A stretch of 45,912 nt of DNA, counting the filler, from Catajapyx aquilonaris (Eukaryota), in assembly GCA_000934665.2 (NCBI GenBank). It is 2 parts of 2 records of this genome, joined end to end, with 100 filler letters (N's around TTAATTAATTAA, not from the genome) between each part and the next. Parts side by side here need not be neighbours in the genome. Positions count along the whole stretch, not along the records: positions 1 to 23,058 come from KZ539422.1; positions 23,159 to 45,912 come from KZ539423.1. One strand, written 5' to 3'. The notes beneath the pieces were generated by a model. That model did not search any database. It had not been told where the DNA came from and saw nothing but the letters and a program-made list of their open reading frames with translations. Positions 21,789 to 31,900 of this stretch are shown here, one piece after another. The position numbers were made by a program, and so were the translations under genes. Position 1 is the stretch's first letter. Every line of letters begins with the position of its first letter.

Positions 21789-22161
21789 CATGGCTGTAGA
21801 AGTCTCAGGTTAGGTCACTCCCCACCCACCCCCTGCCGAGGGGTTTTGCAGTGGGTGCTCACCTGAGACCGCCACGAGACATTTCCCAGAGCATTTATGT
21901 GGCGACCCTACCGGACTAAGGCTGAACTTTATAGGTACGAAAGGGGAGGGCTACATTGGGGGGCCCAACATGGCTGCCGGCGGCCATGTTGGGCCAGCAT
22001 GTAGCGCTTCCCTTTCGTACATGTAAAGTTCAGCCTTAGTCCGGTAGGGTCGCCACATAAATGCTCTGGGAAATGTCTCGTGGCGGTCTCAGGTGAGAAC
22101 CCGCTGGAAAACCCCTCGGCAGGTGATAAGCCCAGAAGATAGGGGTAGTGTCCGTGGGCTG
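21789..22161. mobile_element. Palindrome-core insertion element, copy B (373 bp, 8-bp TSD GTCCAGGC)
   Basis: TSD at 21781-21788 and 22162-22169. Ends CATGGC...TGGGCTG. Internal palindrome 21832-22123 centred on GCC|GGC at 21978/21979. Homologous to copy A from end to end. Confidence 0.92.
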
Positions 22162-22770
22162 GTCCAGGCCAGGGTCCCCTACATGGTTGCCTCCCCCACC
22201 CTAACCCGGGTAGCCGGTATCCTTTCTGTCGACAGCCGTGAAGTTAACTTTTCTTCCGCCTGGCGGCGCTGGAGGCCAAAGGGACCCCGCAAGGCGCGCT
22301 GCTCAAGTGGATGGTGACAATAGGCAGAGGGGCGACCACGGGTGGCCCACGCTGCTGGCACAGTGGGGGGCGGGGGGGGGGGGATTCTAGTATTTCACAT
22401 GACCAGGATGTCTGCTAGCCCAAAGGTCAGCATCCCAGAGGAATCAGACGTAATTCCAGGGTCAAAGTTTGCACTCCAGACGTTCACCTAGACTAGAGTC
22501 TTCCTTATTACTTATTACTTATTTTTAATTACTGGGTTCAGCCATGTTAAAAAGCAGGACCAACTCGAGTGCATACTTTGCATTCCAAGGCTCAGTTTGG
22601 AGTGCAGACTTCAAAGTAACAATAATAATAATAATATTTTGGGAGTGCAAATAGCACTTTGCATCCAAATATTTCGACCCCTGCATTATGAGCCCAATAA
22701 TAACTAGCATTTGGGCTGCTTCCAACACCCTTTTTACTATCTACAATATTAAAATGCTTGCGTTGCTTGA

Positions 22771-22908
22771 CCAATCCCTCTGATTGGTCCGCCCCCGTAT
22801 TGTTGCCGCCACCTCTTCCCATTGGCCCCCGTCCATTCTTGCCGCGACGTATCCATGGCGCACTGTTGCCACGACGCCTCCGATTGGCTCCCGTTCCGAG
22901 CATGCGCA
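22771..22908. promoter_or_regulatory. Promoter-like motif cluster (CCAAT/ATTGG x4, GC box, NRF1/Ewg-like GCATGCGCA)
   Basis: CCAAT at 22771; ATTGG at 22783, 22821 and 22883; CCGCCC at 22789; GCATGCGCA at 22900-22908, in CpG-rich sequence just before the assembly linker. Function is inferred only. Confidence 0.4.
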
Positions 22909-23058
22909 GTGGGGGTGTAACACGTCCAGTTACATGTTGACCTCCTTGGGAGAAGGTCGCTTTTTTTTTCGTCTCTCCCGCCGCCGTCATCGTCACGCCG
23001 GACCTTTTTCCCTTCCCCACCTACCATACCTGTCCCCCCTTCGCCGCGGGTCACTGGT

Positions 23059-23158
23059 NNNNNNNNNNNNNNNNNNNNNNNNNNNNNNNNNNNNNNNNNN
23101 NNTTAATTAATTAANNNNNNNNNNNNNNNNNNNNNNNNNNNNNNNNNNNNNNNNNNNN
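23059..23158. other. Artificial scaffolding linker (44 N + TTAATTAATTAA + 44 N)
   Basis: Exactly 100 nt, with a centred 12-mer that has stop codons in all six frames. Smaller N gaps lie at 14097-14115, 15927-15942 and 41331-41344. Confidence 0.95.
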
Positions 23159-26100
23159 CCCCCCCTCACTGAAACCTGGGTTGAATTGAAAACAACGGGT
23201 GTGTCATATCCACCTGCAACATTTTGCTCGAAATTTAATTATTTCCGCGGTGACATTATTATGGTATTCTTGGTACACATAGGCAACGGAGCATTACTGA
23301 GATTGGCCCCCACCTCTCTTCTGAAATCTGGCTTGTCGATGTCCCTGGTCAGCCATTTGGCCAAATCCCCTCGGAATGATCGCGTTTTACGCCCCCCTTC
23401 ACCTCCCGAGGCCCCCCGGAAAACTCCGGGAGCCCAGGATGAATGCAACGCGCCTGAAATGTGTTCTTGTTCGTATAAGCTGCCAGAAACAAAATTAGTT
23501 TTACGGTGAAGAGCCCGGCTGTGCAACGCCCAAAAAATGAAAGGAGAGAGGGGGGGGAAGGGGGAGAGACTTTAAAAACCGTCCCCCCCTTTTTATCCTT
23601 ACCATCCCTGCATCGTCTTGCCGGATACGGCCATCGTTTTTCACATGCTACATTCTCCAGACGTCGAGAGCGAGATCGCCTTTGCTGATTCAACGCTCTT
23701 GAGATCATGTCACGCACAGTCACACGGTTAATTCGGCTCATACGTTACAAATGCTGGTATGTCTCTCAAACGTTGCGCAAAAATTCGACATCGGGGTGTA
23801 AACACCGCAAACTTCCTCGGCCCTCTTTATTTAGCTTGATCAATACAAACTGGCGTTTTTTTTTTTTCTTCCATCCGGCCCTTCCCTGGCGGCGGGAAAT
23901 CTTTCTTCGGGTAGGCGAAAGGGACGGAAAGGCCTGTCTCGAGGCGCGAAAAAAAAAAAAACTGAAGAAGAAGAAAAAAAGAGTGAGGATCTGCTGGAAA
24001 TTGGCGGGCGCTATGGCGAATTCGGGCCGAGCTGGGCACACTATTCCAAGGCAAATTCGTTCCTGACAGCTTCACAGCCCTTCTTCGGGACGGGCCCCCC
24101 CTCTTTTTCCTTTTTGGCAGAGTTCTTTCTGGGGATTGCCCCGGGCCTGGGCGTCTCTTGGGGGCCCAGACGTGACAGTTGGGGCCACACAGGAAGAAAG
24201 GTGGAGGGGGCAGAGGGGGGGTTGGACTGGAAGGAACAGATTCGCCGATACGCACACTCCTCTCTCCTTTCCAGCAAACCCCTAAAACCCATCAAGGATA
24301 CAAGCAGGCTGCCTTACAGCTCGCTTGTAAGACAGAGTCAATAGCACCGAAATGCTGGGGCTTAATCTGGCACTGAGCCCAAACTACTGTAGTTAGGAAG
24401 AAAACCCACTTTGGGGAGGGGGGGAGGCCTGCAACAATCTGTCATTGCCTCCAATATGGGAGCCTGGCACAATTTCGACTGCCTTTTGCCTAAGGCAACA
24501 TTGCAATTCATTGCGTTTTTACAGCTGTAGGTGCATGTGCAACGTGGTGACGCAACCCCACTTTGTAAGGAGGACTGAATATTCCACATCCTGCCCCTCG
24601 CGCCAAGTAGGAAATGATTCGTCTGAAAATAAAACGGATTGCATGTCCTTCTGTGCTTCAGAACATGGCGAGGGGGGGGGGGGGGGGGCATGACCGGCGA
24701 GATAATTTTCGTGCCACTGTTGTTTTAAATTGCGAGCCCCAAAGTGAAGACGGGCCCACCCCTCCTCTCCTGCTGCCTCCAGTTCCCTTTCCAGAACGCA
24801 ACTTCTCTCTCCATTACTCTCTCCGTCCAATTAGCAGCATCCTGAACTGAACAATAGAGAAGTCTATACTTCTCCGTGATATACGCTGGCTGCACAGAAC
24901 TAACGAATTCCGATGGGGTTGCAAGAGGTGGGAATGAGAAGTGAGTTTGGGTGTGAATAATAACCCATTTTGCGGACCCCCTGCAGCTCCCCTATCATCC
25001 CTCCTTTAAAAAAAACTATATTATAATAGAAAAAAAATATGTAGTCGTCGAGGCGAGAGTTCAAAGACGGGCGAAGTTGCAACCGCGGTTTCTAAGTGGT
25101 CGGAAATCTTGTTGGGCGAGTCAAGGCTCTCCCCAGCATCCAGCAGAGAGGACCCCCACACAGGAACTCTCTCTTTAAGCTCAACTGCGTCGTCTCTATA
25201 TCATTTAAGCCCTTACATCATCGCTATACACATGCCTCCCCATCTCTTTTTCTTTGAAGCTATACAGAGGGATGACTTTCGCTCGTGAACTTAACCCACT
25301 TACGTCGCAGCTGGAGTGTACTTACGCTCTGCGAAAATATTGGGGCCATCTTTTTGGGCGGTGCGTTCATCAAGCCGGAAAAAAAACTGGTAGCCCCCTA
25401 CAAAATTACTGCATCCCGTCACGCGTTGCACATAAATCCATGAAATATTCATCACTGCAGATGTGCATGTTATCGACACACGCACATGTCCTGCGCTGCT
25501 TTTTTTATATATATTTCGAGCCTCACCCTTCATTCACGATCCCCCCAAAAAGCAAAACCTGACCTAAGAAATTCGTCTGATCCGAAAATAGAAATGTGGG
25601 CTCTAGAACCTGATCCGGTTATCCAAGACCTGGCTCTTGATCAGTGTAGCCGTGGCTGGTGTCTGAGAAATGGCGTCTAGCAGCCCGGATTGACAGTCAC
25701 TAGACCCACAGGTAAATCCTCCTCAGCCTCTTGAAGGATCATTTCCATTTGGAGGAGGAGCTGGGAAGAGCTCCCCCCCCCCCCCCCCCCTCTCTCTCCC
25801 CCAAAACTTCATCCCACGGACACCCTTCCAGAAAACCATCTTTCCTGCGAAACCAATTCGAGTTTCACAAGACCCCCGTAATACCTTTCCTAATTGGAAT
25901 CGATAGTGTGGCACATTATTCTTACGAGATAGCATAAATTATGGGAGCAGCAGCTTCTCGTACGGAAAAAAAAAAGAAGAGGAAGGCCCCCTGTTCCATT
26001 AGTACTTAGAGAGAGGTGGAGGAAGATTTTCTCAACACATTTGTCCTTAGTGAAAAGAGAGCGACTCCCGAGAAAAGGAGTGGATATTAATTCTGGCAGA

Positions 26101-28368
26101 TGTGCACAGAAAAGAGGCGGAAGAAGAAGAAGGAAAAAATGTTTATCCTCAAAATGTCCAGGTGTCAGTCTAGTAGGGGGTGCTTTTGCAGTGTAATGAA
26201 TGAGTGGGTCGAAAGAGAGGGGGGGACGGAGGAGGGAAGGGAGAGGGGAGGAAGAGAGGGGAGTAGATCAATGTGTGTGGATGGAGGCTGCGCGTGGCCA
26301 GGCTAGAAGGGGGGGGGTCGAAAAAGGAATCGCGTCATAGAAGAGAGAGACATGTTCGCTAAGCCATGTAAAGCATGCCGGTTGCTCCCATTCAACGGGC
26401 AGAGGTAGAGGCCAGTTGGCCTGTGGCCGTCTAATTGCCACCCTATACACCTCTATACTTTGCCATCCACCCGCCCCGCCCACTTCTCTTTGTCCCTATT
26501 ACACCTCTAAAACAAGCCTACCATCTGCAATCGGCAACCAGTTTTTTTTTCCAGCCCTTTCCACATTGTTTTCTCTTAACCTTTGTGGCTTCAAATGAGA
26601 TCAAAATTGGACCTAGCTAATTTTTGCACACACACAAAAAAAATATGCAGAGAGCCTCAAAGGATAGATAAAACACATGCGCTATGTAAATGTGCTGTCT
26701 TCCTGGGTGCACAGTATATATGCCGGGGCTTTTTCGCAATTTTGCGGCGTTTCATATTCTGTGCCGCAGTTTGAAGTGCGGGAGGGAGACTGTAATTTCA
26801 TCAAGAACTGCTGCCCTCCATATATCCTGCGGTTTATTATTACGACTCTTCTATAAAAAGAAGAGGGGTGTAACCAGGGTGGCCCATTCCTTTTCCACCT
26901 TTCTGGTATTTATTTTACCCGGAGAGAAGAAGGAAGGGGAGGAAAAAAAACACATTCCAAGCTCGGTTTCCGGAGCAAGGAGTGGCCTTCAGAATCGGCG
27001 AAATTCCCCGCAGAAAAGAGGCCGGGCAATCCTCATTTGTCACCCTGACGGCTTCCTTACACTATTTATACGGGAGCCATTTGATACTCCTGCTGCTAGT
27101 ACTACTACTTTATTTTTTTCTCCTGGACTTTAAGTTGGACCGCGCCCATTCCATCACCTTTACTTTTTCGTGGCCCGGATTGGCCGGGAGCGGTCATCAG
27201 TCAAAACTGGGTGGCTCCTTGTCCCTTTAATCCGCTTTTCTCCTATTAAAACCGGCTGCTAACCAAGTAATTCAGGCGCGTGATCTAACATTTTGCAATG
27301 CATTCGCGAAAGGGGAGGGAGGGGGTGGAGCTACTGCCCATTTCGGGATCAATTAAGATGAAACGGAAATCCTGGGGTAATACACACTGGTAACTGGCTA
27401 TCAGGATTCCACTTTGGGAGCCCGTGCGTTCAAAATTATCCTCCGGAACCCGGTTCCAAGGCTGAGTCTGAATTATTCAGCCGTGATGCTTCAGAGAGGT
27501 GAGGGGGAAACCATTTTTGCTCATTTTTTCACTAAAAAAAATGAGCCGGCACTTCAGGTAAGCAGGCACATTTTTGCACAACCTACAGTTGAAATCACTC
27601 AATTTTTACCTATTACGTATTACCCCTTTACAGTGGTATGCAAGGCCGCAACTATTTTCAAACCTGTTTGTCAACAGTTTAAAAATACTCCTCCCCATTT
27701 GATTTTTGTCTCTTGTTTAGATCCGCATCGTGGAGACTTTTCCGTACATGGCTTTACAGCTCCTGACGGGACTATGTGAATATAAGGTGGGTCATACCCT
27801 ATGCAAGCAGACGCACCGCACAAAAAAAAAGTAGCAGTGGGATGAGATGGATGTTAGGACGACGGATTTTTGCCTTCCCGAGTCCCCAGTCCGCAGTTGG
27901 CCCAACTTTTTCCACTCCCAGACCCTGTCACGTAGACTACGAACATTTCTGCTCCCCGAGCGAAACCCCCAAAAAACTGATGGTTATATACAGCCGTACA
28001 GCAGGATCTCACAGAGAGAGAGCGAAGGGACGTGGCTTCTTTCTCGTGTAAACATTGCCTGTGATGATGAACAGCGCTCGCGGTATTTTCCAGTTTGCAG
28101 ATATTTTCGTCCTGCCCGTCCTCTATTTTCTGGCTCGTAAATAAAACGAGCAATGTTTCGTTACTTTCAGCAGCACATACGCGCGGAAACGTGTGCCTGT
28201 ATAGATAAGGTTAGCAGCAGCACCCACAAGTATCCGTCCGGTTTTGATCCGGCCCCACCGTCTTATCGAGTAGTCACGTGGGGTGGGGAGCCTCCCTCCC
28301 CTACCAACCTAAATGACGAGCAGCAACAGGTCACTCACTCACTCACTTGTCACCAAGCACAGGCTTAC

Positions 28369-28996
28369 CATAATGGTGGATGCTGATGAGGACGAAGAGA
28401 AGTCCTCTTCTTCAGCAATGTCCAAAGGTGTTGCGTTGGGGAGCTCCACCGTCCCGGATGAAGCCCAAATTGGGACAGGATTTTCGGATAGAAATAATAT
28501 CTCAACAACACAGCAGCACAGCGCTAAACTAACAGCCGCAAACTAAAACCAGCAACAGCGATGATATGGTGTAGTGACGGGTAGGTGGCAGCCAGGGCGG
28601 GATAAAACCCAATTTTTTTTAAAAAAGAATAATAACGAAACGAGGATTTTTGGGATTTCGCTCCAAAAAATGCGAACACAAAACACAACACTCGCTGGGG
28701 TTGCTTCTTTTTTTGCACTGCAGAACTCAACCCAAATAGGACAACAGAAACTGCACACACACACAACACACGATATTTTTTTCTGGCTTTTTAAAAAGTT
28801 TTGTGGGGGGGGAGATTCGGTAGGTAAATGAAGAAAAAGGGGAAGGGCTGGTGTCGGTCGGGGTAGAGGGGATAAGGAGAAGGAAAAAGGGATAGAAAGA
28901 TAGAGAGAGGGAGAGGTTGTGTCCGACCGACAGCAGGCAGGCAGGCAGCGGATGGAATGAGCGGAGTGAGTCGGAGGCGATCTCAGAGTGGAATGA
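28369..28996 (-). other. Probable first exon (5' UTR plus start codon only) of an unidentified minus-strand gene
   Basis: The minus strand reads ...GCATCCACCATTATG|GTAAGCC, with ATG at 28371-28369 directly followed by a strong donor. A TG/T-rich leader precedes it. Two Inr-like TCATTC motifs (28996-28991 and 28960-28955) and GAGA tracts (about 29031-29061) lie upstream. The TSS is approximate. Confidence 0.5.
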
Positions 28997-31900
28997 GCTC
29001 CGGCTGCGCTGCTGGCAGAGGCAGGGCAGGCTCTCTCTCTCCCTCTCTCTCGCTCCCCTCTCCCGGTCCCGGCTGCCTGTTCCCCCCACCGACCGTGCGC
29101 CCCCTGGATGGCTGGGAATCGGCCACTCGGGGCCGGCCTCACCGCCTGGTTGGCCTGCCTCCACGAGAAGGCGCACTACACCAAAACCCCAGGCCTATAA
29201 CGCTTGCACACTCGCACAGCTGGATAACACCATACCAGATGGATGCGCCCTGGCTTGGGCTTTGCTGCCTCTGTCTGTGTCCCTACCTCTCTCTCTAGCC
29301 CAGGATACACAGGACCTGCCAAAAAACCCTGGCCCACCCCCACACCGCGCAGGCGACGATGCGGGCCAACATTTTCTAGCTGCACTGCTACTCCACTCCA
29401 CGGCCATGCCCACACACGCCTATAAGGAGGGACACTCGTCCATCGCCTTTAATTCAAGACGGCTTGGCTGCCAATACTCGTATTCAAGGCTCGATGGACG
29501 AGTTATTCTTCACTCTCGTGAATATTGGCACTGTTCAGGGACTAATAGGCAAATTCATTGAAATATGCAAAATTTCATTGCGCATGTAATGACTGAGTGT
29601 CGCCGTATAATAAGAAAACACGAATAATCGAGACAGCATAAAAGTGAGATGTTCGAAGGTTTTTAATATGGACTACTGTACACAATGTACGCTGTTTTTT
29701 AAATAAGGTTTAATCGAAATAATGAAACTTCCCAAACATTTTGAGGTTGTCTTCTGAAAAAAAGTCCTCTGTTTGTATAAGATATATCGACATTTTTTTC
29801 AGACTTTTCTTGATTTTAATTTGTTTAGGCGATGCACTAGTACAGTGTACTATTTATACACTGTATAATTTAGACACTTTCTATTCATTTTTGTCCATAC
29901 AAAATGAACCAAATGCGTGTCGGTATAGTCCCAAGAATGCATTTTCGCGCAATAAAATGCTTGGGAGAATTTCAGAGGCAAGTGCCTCAAATTTAGCCCA
30001 TCCCTCCCATGTCCTAAGCCTTCGTTTAATCCGTAGATAAAAGATAACCGAGATTATGGAAGCGGGTGATATGGGAAGATGTTTGGGCAATGACACGAAA
30101 CAAGGCAACTTCCCAGAAATCCGCACTAATACGCAGAGAACCTCTCATAATTATTTCTACACATCCTGGTTTTAAATAAGGAAAAGTAAATGGCTGCTGT
30201 CTTGACATTGCACAGTTATACTCTTTTCGTCCAAACACGATGACGGCCTTTTACTTGCAGTTGGGCCAATAAGGCAATACAACAACGGGCATGCGGTGTT
30301 TTCATTTTAATTGCACGTAAACTTTCATCGTTAGTGCGTATACCTTCTTTCCCCCCTTCAATTTGGGCTGTTCTGAAATGTTTCGCGACCTTTTCAGCTA
30401 CCTTCTCAAACTTAGCCTAAACTCCTAGGGGGGCTGCTGCTGGGTTCTGTCCCGCCAAAACCACCCAGACCGATACGTTATCCAGTGTTCTACAAATATG
30501 CCCATATTCCCAGGCAGCCCTTTAATAACTGGAACGCTGCGGCATGAATCGCGTCGCCTAATGTCATCCCCCGTTGCACCGAAATGGTCGGCGTTTCTCT
30601 TTGGAAGCACCCCCCTTCCACCAACTCTTTGTGATCCCGCGGTGAAGTATTAAATCACCAAGAGCAAGCGCAGGGTGGGGGGAGGGGGCAGGAAGAATTC
30701 TATGCCAATGCTTCCGGGTTCAGTTATGCTTTAATGGCGACTCTAAAGTCACGAAAGAAGGCCCTTTTGTCCGAAAAAAGAGCGGGACGGGGGCAGAGTA
30801 CGTTCTGTTAAGTACAAAGGGAATAAAAAGTTATTCCGCCGCAATAATAGGTCCCAAAAAAATGGAAGCTTTTCATATGCAGGGTGAGCTAGAATTCCAT
30901 CAAGCCAGTGGCTAATACAATGTTCACAATGTGACGGTGAGATATGTCGAGGTAGTGATGATGAACAGCCTCGATTGGCACCTTCACATTTCTCACCTTG
31001 TCTGTTACGACTTGAACCAACTGCTCTCACAAATGAAAATAACAATTAAAGGCTTTGTCAGAATTGTAGTGTAGTTCTGACTCACCCTGATCGCCCTACA
31101 CAGGCAATAACTATCGCCCTCAAAGACCTTGAGTGTCCCCCCTTTGCGAGGCTACTGATGCATTGATTGAACATATGGCGCCCCCACGCATATCCATATG
31201 GATCTCTAAGAGTTGGTGGAGGTGGTGTACGTGTGTGTGTATGGAGGGTTGGTGTGGGTGGGGGTGAGGATGACGTGCCGACCAAGGTGAAGCAAGCAGG
31301 TTGAGGCCTCGGGAAAGGTGGTCGTCCAGGTGGAATTACACGCCCGCTCCTCTATATTTAGACAATGTGCCACAATGTGAATCGGTAGCCAGCTACGTTG
31401 TCCAGCATTAATGGGCCTCTCAGGCGACGAATAGACGTGTCCCATCGTCGAAAAAAGGCTACTGACGTCTGCTAATTCTCTATTCGGATAGCTTATCTCT
31501 CTCGTCTGGGAGAGGAGAAGGTCGCGGCTACCGATGCATAAACGCACGGGTCATGAGCCTGGAGGTCACGCCTCTCTCTAAGGTAGGAGAAAATCCTCGC
31601 AATGAACTTGGCCGGCTAAAATAGTCGGGTTGCCAATGCTCGAAGGCCGCAGTTGCAAACGGGGGTGTTTACCAACCGCACCAAGGTAAGACCCGGGCTT
31701 GAATGAAGGCCGACCCTATAGTGGCGTGCCAATAATCGCAGCCTAGCTACTGCAATATAGCAATCATTATGTATACACGACTATATACATGGTCAGAACT
31801 TCCGTGCTGAGGGTAAATGAGAAGCACAGTGCAGAAAATAAACTGATATTGTCGAATGGACCCAACAGTTTAAAAATGACGACTTTTTTCCCCCACAGCA

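Noticed and set aside
20695..22161. Endogenous parvovirus/densovirus bounded by terminal hairpins
   Set aside because: There is no NS1/Rep or capsid coding sequence between the palindromes, and each copy has its own 8-bp TSD. The flip/flop resemblance is kept only as a mechanistic analogy.
22457..22683. hAT-like MITE (CAGGGTCAAA ... TTTCGACCCCTG with GAGTGCA subterminal motifs)
   Set aside because: The TIR is short and imperfect and the flanks (CGTAATTC versus CATTATGA) give no TSD. Plausible but unsupported.
23699..23720. bantam microRNA (TGAGATCAT seed match)
   Set aside because: Only the first 9 nt match; the rest differs and there is no convincing precursor hairpin.
28543..29561. Long overlapping ORFs (214, 199 and 149 aa)
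   Set aside because: Low-complexity translations of GC-rich, GA-repeat, promoter/UTR-like DNA, mostly with non-ATG starts and open on both strands.
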